Shown here: one piece after another, positions 26,804 through 38,300 of the stretch
Position numbering within the stretch: position 1 is the stretch's first letter
Layout of the letters: every line of letters starts with the position of its first letter
DNA from: a bacterium
Lineage (GTDB): Bacteria; UBA8248
DNA: 64,000 nt
NCBI GenBank assembly: GCA_965221165.1
Contig: CBDCRP010000003.1
Location: 64,001 to 128,000, forward strand
Reading direction: 5' to 3'
The notes under the pieces: model-generated
Seen by the model: the letters and a program-made list of their open reading frames with translations, nothing else
The model's database searches: none
Told to the model about the DNA's origin: nothing
Program-made: the position numbers and the translations under genes

Positions 26804-28440
26804 CTAGATTTTCGGGCCGGCCGCCGCGACGTCCGGCGTCACCCGATCCGCGAACTGCTCGAAATTCTCCCGGAACGCTCCGGCGAGCTCGCGTATTTTC
26901 TCGTCGTATTTTTCAGAACTCGTCCAGAGCTTTCTGGGGACCATGAATTCATCGGATACATCGGGACAACTTATGGGAACATGGAGATCGAATATCGGCA
27001 CGTTCTGGGTGGGAACATTGGCGAGCTCGCCCGTTAAGGCGGCCGTCAAGAGCGCGCGCGTATGATGCAGGGGCATTCTGTCGACCTCGCCGGCCGCTCC
27101 GCCGATCCAGCCTGTGTTGACGAGCCAGACTTGTGCGTCGTGCTTCTTGAGCCTGTCCCTGAGCATCTCGCCGTATTCGGCGGGGTGTAAGGCCAGGAAG
27201 GGTGCTCCGAAACAACTGCTGAACGTGGCCATCGGCTCATCGACGCCCGCCTCGGTGCCCGCCACTTTCGCCGTATAGCCGGAGAGGAAATGGTAGGCGG
27301 CCTGTTCGGGCGTGAGTTTGCTGATGGGGGGCAGGACGCCGAATGCGTCGCAAGTAAGGAAGAATACGTTTTTCGGGTGCCCGCCCATGCCTGAGAGTAC
27401 GCAATTGTCGATGAAATGCGTAGGGTAGGTGGCGCGCGTGTTTTCCGTTATCGACATGTCGTCATAGTCGATCTCCCGCGTTTCGTGGTCGACGATGACG
27501 TTTTCGAGAACGGACCCAAAGCGGATCGCATCCCAAATCTGGGGCTCTTCCGCTCTCGTGAGATTGATGGTTTTTGCGTAGCAGCCCCGCCTTCGAAATT
27601 GAAGATGCCCGAATCCGACCACCCGTGCTCATCGTCGCCGATGAGTTTTCGGTTCTGATCGGCGGAGAGCGTGGTCTTGCCCGTGCCGGAAAGTCCAAAG
27701 AAAAGGGCCGTATCCCCATCGTGGCCCATATTCGCCGAACAATGCATCGGAAAGACGCCTTTTTGCGGAAGCAGGTAGTTCATGATGAAAAAGGCGGATT
27801 TCTTCATCTCTCCGGCGTATTCCGAGCCGCCGATGAGCGCCATGTTTTTCTCAAAATTCACGAGCGTGAAATTATTTTGCCGGAGTCCTTCCGCCGGCCC
27901 TGCTCCCAGGAACTTACCCATATCGATCACCGTGAAGGGGGTTTCGTGATTTTCCAGTTCACCGGGTTTGGGGCGCACAAGGAGGGTCTGGCAGAACATC
28001 GAGTGCCACGCCTGTTCGGAAATAACGCGCACGGGGAGCTTGTAACGCGGGTCGTTTCCCACAAATCCGTCGAAGATAAAAAGGTCGCGCTTTTGGGCGT
28101 AACTGGCGATTTTCTGGAAAATGTTGTCCCAGTTTTCGGTCGATATTTTCTGGTTGATGGGTCCCCACCATATCTTCTCGTTGGAAGGCCCCTGGTCTAC
28201 CGTGAATTTATCCTTTGGGGAGCGACCCGAGAATTTGCCGGTATGGACCACGAGCGCGCCATTGGTGGCGAGGTATCCTTCGCCGCGCGCAACCGCCATT
28301 TCATTCAATTCTGCGATGGGAAGATTCCGGTAAACGGTTCCAATATTTTTGAGACCCAGTTTGTCTAGACCAAACGTTTTTTCCGTTCCTATGCTCGCAC
28401 GTGAGGGGGTTCCCTTTCCTCCCTCCTTGGCTTGTGCCAT
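26804..28440 (-). CDS. pckA: Phosphoenolpyruvate carboxykinase (ATP), frameshifted at a G-run near 27585-27588
   Basis: GRSPKDK, YAGEMKK, FFGLSGTGKTTLS, LIGDDEHGW, NFEGG|CYAK across the shift, ENTRATYP, LVNTGW. Confidence 0.92.
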
Positions 28441-28648
28441 GTGTTGCTTCCTCCCGGGAGTCGAATTTCAGTGCAACAGTTTCGCTCGTCTGCGGAGCAT
28501 TTTCCTGAATTGTCTTGCGAATTGCGTACGAATCCGCCCAAAGAATGTCGCAATATGCCTCGCAGAGTGGAAGAAGTCAAAAGCAAATCGGGGCAGTTTG
28601 CACCTCTCCGCCGCGCAAATTCTTTCAGGTTTTATCGATTACCCACGT

Positions 28649-29725
28649 CTATCTGGTGACTTCAATTTTTTTCCGGTAGAAGGGCAGGCTCTCGACTATT
28701 GCCTCCACATCGCCCCCTTGAACATCCACCTTCACATGCGTGCCCGGCTCCATCTGGGCGCGGGGCAGATACGAAAAAGCCAAAACGGCGCCGACCGTAG
28801 GGCAATATGCGGCGCGGGTGATGGCGCCGATGCTTTTCTCGTCGGAATAGACGGCGGCTCCCGGCCCGGGCGCAGCGTCTATGCTGATTTTGAGCCCTAC
28901 AAGTCCACGGTTCACCTGGCCCAGATACTTGATCTTGGCGATGACTTCCTGACCGATGTAGCAGCCTTTCTCAAAGTCGATGGCTTTTTCCTCGAGCCCC
29001 GCCTGCATGGGATTGACTGCGGAAGTCATGTCTTTCCCGAAGAGCGGCACTCCGGCCTCCAGGGTGAGCGATTCAAGGGCGGTAAGGCCCGCCGGCTTCG
29101 CCCCCGCATCCGATAGTGCGCACCAGACGGATTCCGCCTCCTCGCAAGGCCCCATGAGAAGATATCCGTCTTCCCCTGTCCAAAATTCACGGGCTATTAT
29201 CACACCGCCAGCCGTCGCGTGGCCGTGTTCATCGAGCGAAAGCTCACCCATGCCCGCTTTGGCGATGATTTCCCGTGAAGCCGGACCGAAGAGCCCGATA
29301 CAAAACAATTTTTCCGTCTCGTTCACCACTTCCACCTGGTCCATGATGATGAATCTGTCGATTTCTTCGGCGAGCGTATCCGCCATTCCCGGAGCTACGG
29401 AAGCGACGACGGAGGCTTCGCCTTTGTACATATACAGATCGGAGATAAACTTTCCCTGTCTCGTGAGAAAGGTGTTGTATGTTCCCTCTCCGGGCTTTAG
29501 CTCTTTTACGCGGTTCGAAAGCATGCGGTGGAGGAATTCTTCCGTGTCCGGGCCGCTGAAGCGCAAGCAGCCCCTGTGGGAGAGATCGACCAGGATGGCG
29601 CTTTCCCGGCACGCGAGGTGCTCGGATGCCGCGTCTCCGAACGTCGCGGGGATTTCCCATCCCGCTTCTTCTGTGAGGTGGGCGTTGGCCGCCTGATGCA
29701 AGGCAAGCAAGGGAGTGGCTGGCAT
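28649..29725 (-). CDS. GcvT/YgfZ-like folate-binding aminomethyltransferase family protein
   Basis: TPL..LH, DLSHRG, KGCYIGQE. Confidence 0.88.
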   Translation of the reverse strand: MPATPLLALHQAANAHLTEEAGWEIPATFGDAASEHLACRESAILVDLSHRGCLRFSGPDTEEFLHRMLSNRVKELKPGEGTYNTFLTRQGKFISDLYMYKGEASVVASVAPGMADTLAEEIDRFIIMDQVEVVNETEKLFCIGLFGPASREIIAKAGMGELSLDEHGHATAGGVIIAREFWTGEDGYLLMGPCEEAESVWCALSDAGAKPAGLTALESLTLEAGVPLFGKDMTSAVNPMQAGLEEKAIDFEKGCYIGQEVIAKIKYLGQVNRGLVGLKISIDAAPGPGAAVYSDEKSIGAITRAAYCPTVGAVLAFSYLPRAQMEPGTHVKVDVQGGDVEAIVESLPFYRKKIEVTR

Positions 29726-29881
29726 TTGTTTCCTCTCTGGCGCATTGTTTGATTCAATGCATGAAACGATTATCCGGCAACTATTTCAACAGGCTCTATT
29801 CTACGCATTTAGCAAGAGTGAAGTGAAACGATTAAGGGAAATGTATTTTAACTCTATCCGCGCGAGGAGGCGAGGTCGAGA

Positions 29882-30757
29882 ATGGGTGAGAAACTTGGAT
29901 TCATCGGTCTGGGTAAGATGGGAACTCCTTTGACCCGGAATCTCATGGCTGAGGGCCATGAGGTATGTGGTTTCGACGTCGACGAGATGCGCATGGAACA
30001 ACTCAGAGAAGCCGGCGGAACTCCTTGCGTGAACGCAAGGGAGGTGGCCGAGCGATCAGACGTGGTTTTCACAATGCTACTCAAGCCCGAGCACATCGAA
30101 ATGAATACCATCGGGCCGGAGGGAATCGCCTCCGCGGGGAAGGAAGGTCTCATTCTCATCGAGATGAGCACGATGAACCCTACGTGGTCCGCAGGCTTGG
30201 CGAAGAAACTGGAGGCGAGAGGCGTGGAGATGGTCGATGCCCCCGTTTCGGGAACGGTGCCGCACGTAGAATCGAGGACGCTGGCTTACATGGTGGGCGG
30301 GAAAAAGGAGATTTTCGAGCATATCAAGCCCATCATCGAACCCCTGGCGAAAAGCGTCCTCCATACCGGACCCAACGGCACGGGCTGCTCCATGAAGCTG
30401 GTGACCAACCTGATAACGAACGCCGGCGTCGCAGTGCTGGCCGAAGGTTTGCTCCTGGGCGAGCGCTCAGGACTGTCTCACGATACGATTATGGATTGCC
30501 TGCGCTCGGGAGCGGTAGCGGGTGCTCTTCTGGAGATCAAAGGGGAGAAGATCCTCACGCGCGATTTCACGCCCCATGGTTCCATTGGAATATACGTGAA
30601 AGATCTCGGCCTTTGCGTTGACCTCGCGAAAGAAAAAGGATTTGATGCGTTTATGACGCAAGCGGGGCTCGAGATGTTCAAGCGTGCGCAAGACGCGGGC
30701 TGGACGGAGGACGATTGCGCGCGCGTGGTGGAGGTGTATGAGGGGAAAGACCAATAG
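29882..30757 (+). CDS. 3-hydroxyisobutyrate/tartronate-semialdehyde dehydrogenase family protein
   Basis: GFIGLGKMG, DAPVSG, MKLVTN, KDLGL. Confidence 0.9.
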   Translation: MGEKLGFIGLGKMGTPLTRNLMAEGHEVCGFDVDEMRMEQLREAGGTPCVNAREVAERSDVVFTMLLKPEHIEMNTIGPEGIASAGKEGLILIEMSTMNPTWSAGLAKKLEARGVEMVDAPVSGTVPHVESRTLAYMVGGKKEIFEHIKPIIEPLAKSVLHTGPNGTGCSMKLVTNLITNAGVAVLAEGLLLGERSGLSHDTIMDCLRSGAVAGALLEIKGEKILTRDFTPHGSIGIYVKDLGLCVDLAKEKGFDAFMTQAGLEMFKRAQDAGWTEDDCARVVEVYEGKDQ

Positions 30758-30799
30758 CATTCATCGTTGGTTTCATGGCGATTCGATAGGAGACGGACA

Positions 30800-31981
30800 A
30801 TGGCGAAAGGCGCACCGGCTGAATCCAGAAACTTCAAATTAATAGGGCACGACCCGGATGCGGCATGGGGAGGCGGGAGTCTCGTCGAGGTGAAAAATGG
30901 ATACGCCTATGTCGGGGCCGTGGGAACGGCGAGTTATGACGGACCCGAGGGCTGGACAGTTCACGACGTATCAGACCCCAGCAAGCCGAGACGAATCACC
31001 GAAGTGTTCGCCCCTCCCGGACTGCACAACCACAAAGTCCGCATCGTGGGGGATGATCTCCTTTACGTGAATCACGAACGCTTAAAGACGCCGGAAGGAG
31101 AAAAGGCGAGGGCAGGGGTATGTATTTTCGATATCAGCAATCCATCCCAGCCGAAAGAAGTGGGTTTTTACGAACTGCCCGGATCGGGGCCGCACAGATT
31201 CGGCGTCGACAACGGGCGCGGCCTCGCATTTTTCCCGAACCATGCCGAAGGGTGGAGAAACCGGGTCATGTGGACCCTGGACATCAAAGACCCCTTAAAG
31301 CCCGAAGTGCTCAACATCGTCGGTCTCCCGCAGCAGGATCTGAGCCTCGATTATGAATACGAGGAGCCGGATGATTTCGAACGCTCATGGACGTGCCACG
31401 GGCCGGCCACCATTCGCGGGAATCGTATGTACTGCGGCTTCTGGGGAGCGGGTATGGGTATTTTCGATTGTACGGATCTGCGCAACATCACCTGCGTGGG
31501 AAACCTCTGCTGGTCGCCACCCTTCATCGGCTCCACGCACACCGTATGGCCGCTCGGCGACAGGCCGTACGTGGTGGTGACGGACGAGGCGCGCGCCCAG
31601 GAAAACTACGAACACAGCCAGTTCATGTGGGTGGTGGACATCCGGGATGAGACGAACCCGATTCCCATTTCCACCTACATACCCGACAGGGAAGAGAACA
31701 TGAACCGGGGCGGCCGCTTCGGCGCGCACAATATTCTGGAATACGTTCCTGCGGATGGCCCCTGGAAAGACATTATTTTCCTCACCTATTTCAATTCAGG
31801 TTTAAGGGCGGTTGATCTTTCAGACCCCTTCCAGCCCAAAGAAATCGGGCACTACATACCCGAACTCAACTTCGGGAAAGACTATGCGCAGTCGAACGAC
31901 ATCGGCATGGACGAGAACGGCCTGCTGTATCTGATCGACCGCAATGGAGCGGGGATGCACATCCTGGAGTACACCGGATAA
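30800..31981 (+). CDS. LVIVD-repeat beta-propeller protein
   Basis: Repeats DVSDPSKP, DISNPSQP, DIKDPLKP, DIRDETNP, DLSDPFQP; His motifs HNHK, GPH, TCH, STH, GAH. Confidence 0.8.
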   Translation: MAKGAPAESRNFKLIGHDPDAAWGGGSLVEVKNGYAYVGAVGTASYDGPEGWTVHDVSDPSKPRRITEVFAPPGLHNHKVRIVGDDLLYVNHERLKTPEGEKARAGVCIFDISNPSQPKEVGFYELPGSGPHRFGVDNGRGLAFFPNHAEGWRNRVMWTLDIKDPLKPEVLNIVGLPQQDLSLDYEYEEPDDFERSWTCHGPATIRGNRMYCGFWGAGMGIFDCTDLRNITCVGNLCWSPPFIGSTHTVWPLGDRPYVVVTDEARAQENYEHSQFMWVVDIRDETNPIPISTYIPDREENMNRGGRFGAHNILEYVPADGPWKDIIFLTYFNSGLRAVDLSDPFQPKEIGHYIPELNFGKDYAQSNDIGMDENGLLYLIDRNGAGMHILEYTG

Positions 31982-32039
31982 TCGTCATGGGCCGGCGTCC
32001 GGATTTTGGAAGAGATTATCTGAAGCGGGGAGGGGTTTC

Positions 32040-32477
32040 ATGAGCCCGGGTGATTTTCTCATCATTTGCGCCGCTTCTTTTCTGGCCACTTACGCCCATC
32101 TCGTGTTCGCCCTGATTGCGGACAAGATTGGCATGGTGAAGCTCGACTTCGGCAAGGGCCTCTCGATGCTCCTGTTCGGGGAGGCGTACGAGGGAAAACC
32201 CCCTTATGCGCTCGGCTTCATCGCCGTGCATCTGAACGGCATCATCTTCGGCTTGATGTACGCCACCGTGGGTGCGGGGTATATTTGCGGGCCGCCCGTG
32301 TTTCGCGGGCTAGTGTGGGGCGGGGCGCTCTTGATTTTCTCGCAATGCGTGTTCAATCCGTTCATTACGGGTCATGGCTTTTTCAGCCGCAAAATGCACC
32401 CCAGAGCATGGCAGACCGCGCTCATTGCTCACGCCATTTACGGCGGCGTGCTGGGCTGGCTCTCTCCGATACTATGA
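32040..32477 (+). CDS. Four-TM hypothetical membrane protein
   Basis: Hydrophobic segments with His in VHLNG and AHAIYG. Confidence 0.65.
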   Translation: MSPGDFLIICAASFLATYAHLVFALIADKIGMVKLDFGKGLSMLLFGEAYEGKPPYALGFIAVHLNGIIFGLMYATVGAGYICGPPVFRGLVWGGALLIFSQCVFNPFITGHGFFSRKMHPRAWQTALIAHAIYGGVLGWLSPIL

Positions 32478-32602
32478 GATTCGGATCGTGAATACCTCGG
32501 TAGTTCTAGGTCCCGATGAATGAATCAAATGGGATTTTATACGAAAGCACGAAATAAGAGTTGGCAGAAACCAGCGCTTTTGATCGGCTGGTGCCGATCT
32601 AG

Positions 32603-32866
32603 CTAGGATTCATCTTTTTTTCCGAATGCAAAACCTGCGGATGCAGCAATCACGGTTGCCGCTTCGGAGGTAAGTGCGTCATTCAAGGCGAGCAAGCCGA
32701 TGATCGGCAGCGACAGTGCCAGCACCGTATAGCGGATAAATTGCCAACCGAGGCCTCCCTTGCCGCCACTTTTACTTAAGCGGTAACGGTTCAAGAGCCC
32801 CCCGATCAGGACAATCGGGACCGCCGACGCGAGAATTACATTTGCGAGACAAAGCCAAGTTTCCAT
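32603..32866 (-). CDS. Small hypothetical membrane protein
   Basis: 87 aa with two or three hydrophobic helices, in a lower-GC patch. Confidence 0.55.
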   Translation of the reverse strand: METWLCLANVILASAVPIVLIGGLLNRYRLSKSGGKGGLGWQFIRYTVLALSLPIIGLLALNDALTSEAATVIAASAGFAFGKKDES

Positions 32867-33148
32867 TAAGCGGCTACACCTTGGTGTCTTAGACCACCCG
32901 AACCTGAGTTAGAACTGCGCGTGCCAACTAGTCCGAAGTGGTATCTATCTAGACCAGCTCTTCGAGTTCCGCCTTGTTCGGCCGAAAACTGTGCAGCTTG
33001 AAGAGAGTGATGTTGTCCCCGTGAGCCTTCCCCGGTACCTTCTGTAGCATCTCCAATCTCCCGTCTTAGTGATTATAACGTAAGCATTCCGAGCGACTCA
33101 GTCAACGGAAAATGTGACCTATGTATATAATTCCCAATCAAATACGCC

Positions 33149-33988
33149 CTATCTCCTCGCTCTTCTCGTCTTGGGCGCTTTGTTCTGCGCGGCCCAGCAC
33201 TTCGCCACCTCACCGGGCGCTGCGATCCAGGCGTCTCCTTTCGCGAGAATGTGCTGGATCAGCCTTTCGAGCATCCGCATCCGGTAGTGCTGGCCGATGA
33301 CCTGGGGATGGCACATGATGTTGATGTATCCGCCTTCCTCATAAGTGCCCTCGAATTCCTCTACCCATATCGAATAAACCGACTCCGCGTCGCGGATGCC
33401 GTGGCCGAGCGGGGGATTCGTGCTGTGGGCGAAGAAGATGAAATCATCGAGGCTCCACTTGGTGGGCAACTCCACCAGGCCGCAATCGTGGTAATAGGGC
33501 CAATCGTCGTCCATCATGTTCGAGTGATACAAGAGCCCGTGTTTTTTAAGGAGGCCCATGGTGTGGACGCTCGGGTCCGCCGAGGGGGTGCGCGAGCCTA
33601 TGATTTCCCCTCCCGTATCCCGCTTAAGGATATCCAAGGCGCGCACGAGCAGTTCTTCTTCGCGCTCGGCGTCACACATCTGATAGGGCTTTTCGTGGAT
33701 GTGACCGTGGTGGCCGATTTCATGCCCCGCCTTCACGATGGACTCGGTCATTCTCGGCCATTTCTCCACCGTCCAGCTCGGGATGTAGAAAGCGCCGGGC
33801 AGGCCGTATTTCTTGAGGAGCTTGAGTATCCGCGGTATCCCCACTTTGGGGCCGTAGGCGCCCATGGAGTTGTGGATGGGGCGCCCCCCCAGCGAGGGCT
33901 CCCGGCCCATCCAGACCGTCTCGCCGTCCACGTCGAAAGTCAGACACACGGCGCATCGCGCCCCATTTTCCCATTTTATCTTAGGCAT
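33149..33988 (-). CDS. Polysaccharide deacetylase family protein (PuuE-like, CE4)
   Basis: LTFDVDGE, YGPKVGIPR, HEIGHHGHIHE, CHPQVIG. Confidence 0.88.
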   Translation of the reverse strand: MPKIKWENGARCAVCLTFDVDGETVWMGREPSLGGRPIHNSMGAYGPKVGIPRILKLLKKYGLPGAFYIPSWTVEKWPRMTESIVKAGHEIGHHGHIHEKPYQMCDAEREEELLVRALDILKRDTGGEIIGSRTPSADPSVHTMGLLKKHGLLYHSNMMDDDWPYYHDCGLVELPTKWSLDDFIFFAHSTNPPLGHGIRDAESVYSIWVEEFEGTYEEGGYINIMCHPQVIGQHYRMRMLERLIQHILAKGDAWIAAPGEVAKCWAAQNKAPKTRRARR

Positions 33989-34027
33989 CCATTTTCCCTC
34001 ATCCTTTCTTTATAAGAAATCTTTCAC

Positions 34028-35251
34028 TCAAGAATCCGCCATCTTTATTAATGCGCGCGCCAGGACGTCGCAACCCCTGTAGGCGTCCTCCCAGTCCATG
34101 TCTTCTTCTTCGGAATGGCTCTTTCCGGCAACGCAGGGCACAAAAATCATGGCCGCGGGGCCGAGGTCGGCCACATAGCGGGCGTCATGTCCGGCGGCGC
34201 TCCACATGGAGCGATGGCTGTAGCCCGCTTCCTCACATACGCTTTCCAAGGCTTGCGACACGCCTGCGTCGAAGCGGATGGGAGTAGAGGAGCCGACGTC
34301 TTGAATCTCGATTTCAAGATTTTCCTTTTCCGCTTCTCTTTGCGCGGCTTCTTTGACGAGTTCCAGTCCTTTCTCCAATGTTTCCGGCTCGTTGTGCCTG
34401 AAATCGACTGAAAACGTCACCTCACCTGGAATGACGTTTATGGCGTTGGGCGATACGGAGATCTCCCCCACCGTAGCCACGAAATCGGGATGCAGTTTTG
34501 CGGGGATTTCACGGATTGCCGAAATGGTGCGCGCCGCGCCCACCAGGGCGTCGCGCCGCATGCGCATCGGCGTGGGACCGGCATGGTCCCGCTCTCCCTT
34601 CATGGTGACCCGGAGCCAGGTGAGGCCGTAAATCCCCTCCACGACCCCCACTTGCACCCCCTCGCTCACGAGAGCGGGACCTTGCTCGATGTGAAGTTCG
34701 AGATACGACCCGATAGGCCGGGGAACGCAGGTTGCATCTCCCCGGTAGCCGATGCGCTCGAGCTCATCCAGAAACCTGACACCTTCAGAGTCTCGCGTCT
34801 CATAAGCGGTCTCGAGCGTTATCGCGCCCGCGAACACGCCGCTTCCGAGCATGGAAGGCGGGAAGCGGGGCCCTTCCTCGTTCGTCCAGTTTACGATTTC
34901 TATCGGGCGTCTCGTCGATATATTCTTGTCGTTCAGCGTCCGGACGGCTTCCAGCGCACCCAGCACGCCCAGTGAGCCATCGAAGCGGCCTCCTTTGGGC
35001 ACACTGTCGAGGTGACTGCCCATCATGGCGGGGTGGGCGTCCTCATCCCGGCCCACTCGCCGGGCAAACATATTTCCCATCTCGTCAATTCGCAGGTCGA
35101 GGCCGGCATCGATCGCCCACGCGGCGAACAAATCCCTCGCTTGCTTGTCGGCGTCGGTGAGTGTGAGGCGATGCACGCCGCCGCCTTTCGTCGCTCCGAT
35201 ACGGGCCATCTCCTCCATGGATTGGCGAAAACGATCAGTGTTGATTATCAA
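34028..35251 (-). CDS. N-carbamoyl-amino-acid amidohydrolase (M20, hydantoinase/carbamoylase family)
   Basis: GSHLDSV..GGRFDG, WTNEEG, ELHIEQG, HAGPTPM, SAAGHDA, SHSEEE. Confidence 0.92.
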   Translation of the reverse strand: MIINTDRFRQSMEEMARIGATKGGGVHRLTLTDADKQARDLFAAWAIDAGLDLRIDEMGNMFARRVGRDEDAHPAMMGSHLDSVPKGGRFDGSLGVLGALEAVRTLNDKNISTRRPIEIVNWTNEEGPRFPPSMLGSGVFAGAITLETAYETRDSEGVRFLDELERIGYRGDATCVPRPIGSYLELHIEQGPALVSEGVQVGVVEGIYGLTWLRVTMKGERDHAGPTPMRMRRDALVGAARTISAIREIPAKLHPDFVATVGEISVSPNAINVIPGEVTFSVDFRHNEPETLEKGLELVKEAAQREAEKENLEIEIQDVGSSTPIRFDAGVSQALESVCEEAGYSHRSMWSAAGHDARYVADLGPAAMIFVPCVAGKSHSEEEDMDWEDAYRGCDVLARALIKMADS

Positions 35252-35326
35252 TTCGAGCCCTTAGGCGTTGGTTGTGCGAAAAGAAATATACGCGGGGACG
35301 CCCGGCCAGGGACTCCCGCCGGGCAA

Positions 35327-38300
35327 TCAATTGTTAGCGACTACGATTTTCTCATAGACCTCTCTCACGAGGCCGGTGTGTTTCTCAAACAAGGCCAACA
35401 ACTTGGCATTGGCGCTTCCGTCCATATCATCCACGAAATTCATGCGGCGCGCCAACATGTCCATGGCTCGCCTCGTTTTCAGAAAAATGTTGATCGACTG
35501 CGCATTGCCGATGCGGAGACGATTCTCTACGAGGCGCAAGAAGCGGTATCCGTCGAGCAGCGCGCCGGTGTCTTCATTCGAAAGCATCCCGGCCTTATTC
35601 AGGGCCTGCAATGCAAAGTAGGTATTCGCAATCCGGAGTTCTGGATGCGCTCTTCCGTTTTTTATCAGAAGATACTGCGTCAAAAACTCGATGTCGATGA
35701 TCCCCCCGCGCCCGAGTTTAATGTCGGCGATTCCCTCATCCTCAGCGGACAGTTCGTTTTCAATGCGCCCGCGCATGTGGCGAACCTGTTCTGCGAGGTC
35801 TGCGGGCGCTTCACGCTCATATACGAATTCAGACACAAGCTCCATGAATTCCGCGCCGAACCCCTCCGATCCCGCGGCATGTCTTGACCTCGTAAGTGCT
35901 TGTCTTTCCCATGTTTTAGCGCGATTATTAAAGTATTCCCTAAAGACATCAATCGGTGCGGCCAATGCGCCTTTTGCTCCTTCGGGCCGCAGGCGCAGGT
36001 CCATTTCGTAGGTCCGGTCCCGGGAGCCTGAGGAGGACAGGCCGTCGCGCAGGCATGTGGCGACTTTGATATAGAATTCATGATTCGAGACGGATTTGTA
36101 TTCGGCGGATTTTCCATCGATTTCTCCGCTCGTATTCCCTGCCGCGCTGTAGACGAATATCAGGTCCAGATCCGAACCATAGTTCATCTCCTCGCTTCCC
36201 ATCTTGCCGAGGCCGATAATGGCGAATCGAGCTTTATCGCCCGTATCCGCTTCCATCGGTACGCCATATAATTTGAGCATCCTCTCGTGGGCGATCTCAT
36301 ATCCACTCCTCAAAGTGGCTTCCGCAAGGTGGGAGAGGGCGGAGAGAGTCTCCTGAATGTCCGCTGCCCCGAGAATGCTTCTGATTCCTATCGCGAGTTC
36401 CTCGCTTTTTTTGAGCAGGTGCAGGCGATTGAATTTTTCTTCCGCCGAGATTTGCGAGGCCGCTATTTTCTTGAGTTCCTCGGCGAGGAGCTCCTTCGGG
36501 CGCGGCTCGGAGAGGGTTTTCGTCTGAAAGAGTGTTTCCAGGAGCCCGGGCTGTTCTATCAGAACCTCTGCGAGGTAATTGCTCGAAGCGAATAATTTGA
36601 GAATGATTTCCAGCGATTCTTCCTGCTCGGCCATGAACCCAAGGATGGACTCGCGACCTCCGCCCTTTTCCACGAATTTATTGAGATGCGCAATGGCCCT
36701 GTCCGGTTCCGGGAGGTCGAGCGTTTGATACAACAGGCGGGGGAGGAGTTCGTCGAAAATCCGCTTCGCCTTGGCGCTGACGTGTTCGAGCGATGCGCCG
36801 TTTCTCAGGAGTTTGAGGTGCGTACTCACGCCTTCGGGATCCACGAAGCTGTATGAAGCCAGATCCTCTGCGGATAGTGAATCGCCCAGGGTAAGCGTCG
36901 GGGTCGGCGAGCCGCTCTCCGATTCCGTTTCTTCGTCCCCGTTTTCGCTACGGAACATGTTTTCAAAAATCTTCGATACATTGTTCTGGTGATACGTCAG
37001 GCGAGTTTTCAACTCATCGCCTACCGCGCAGTCCATCTTGCGCGCCAGCACGTTCAAACTCTTCTCGTCGGTCGGAATTTCATGCGTCTGAAGCCCGTGA
37101 GTAACTTGCACGCGATGTTCCACGTCTCTCAAGAACACGTATGCATTCGAAAGTTGATCGCATTCATGGGCGGGCAGGAGGCCGAGCGCCTCGATGATGG
37201 AGAGGCCTTGCAACGTGCTCGAGTTCTGGAGAAGCGTTTCGCGGCCACCGTAGATGAGTTGCAGGGCCTGGGTGATGAATTCAATTTCGCGGATGCCGCC
37301 CTCACCGAGTTTGACGTTCCGGGTCGCGGCGTCCGCACCCTTGAGATTTTCGTTGATGCGGCCCTTGATGCGGCCGATCTCCTCGAGCACGCTGATGTCC
37401 ATCGTCCGCCGGTACACGAAAGGACGTATCATTTTCATGAAGTCATCGCTCAACGCGGCGGAACCCGCGCAATGTCTGGATTTGATCAACATCTGCCGTT
37501 CCCATGTCTCTCCCCATGATTCGTAATAGACTTCACAGCTCCTGAGCGAATGGGCCAATGCGCCTTGAGATCCCTCGGGGCGCAGGCGCGTATCTATTCG
37601 AAACACATGGCCTTCTTCGGTGTTTTTCCCCATCAGCGATATGACACGCCTCGCCATATGTGCGGAAAATTCATAGTTGGAGATTTGTCTTTTGATTCGC
37701 CCAGTGATTGAATCCGCCACACCAGAGGTCTGTCCGTCATCCGAGGAATAAATGAACACGACGTCTATATCTGAACTGAAATTGAGTTCGAGGCCGCCCA
37801 GTTTTCCCATCCCGAGTACGCTGAACTCGGTATTCCGCCATTGCCCTTTCGCGTTCTGGTACCGGGGTTTGCCATATTTCCGCTCGAGTTCGGCCCGGGC
37901 GATTCGAACGGCCACCTCCAGGCAGGCATCGGCCAAACAGGAAAGGTTGTAGGTGATTTCCTGGAGAGATGCCCGCCGCAGCAAATCCAGCACCGCGATT
38001 CTCAGATATTCTCGCTGGCGAAATCGGCGCATGGCATTTTCCGGCCCATTCGGGAAATCCTGACCGTCGCGCACCCACCGCCACATCTCGGATACCATTT
38101 TTTCTTTTGTGCGAACGGCTTTCAATGTAGCGGGGCGTAAAAGCCAGTCGAGAAAATGAGGATGCCGCAGAATCGTTTCAATCAGAAACTGACTCCCGCC
38201 CGCCAATGAGAAGAGCTCCGCTCTGCGCTCGTCCGAGCGGGCGAGGGCTTTGAGAAGTGAATCCGGGTTGTCGCGAGTAGCCAGAATTCGCTCGAAATTA

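Noticed and set aside
27575-27600. Programmed ribosomal frameshift in pckA (also considered for moeA and mobA)
   Set aside because: No slippery heptamer or stimulatory structure. The pattern matches indel errors seen across the window.
32860-32960. Integron attC site beside the small membrane ORF
   Set aside because: No convincing RYYYAAC/GTTRRRY pair enclosing a long imperfect palindrome.
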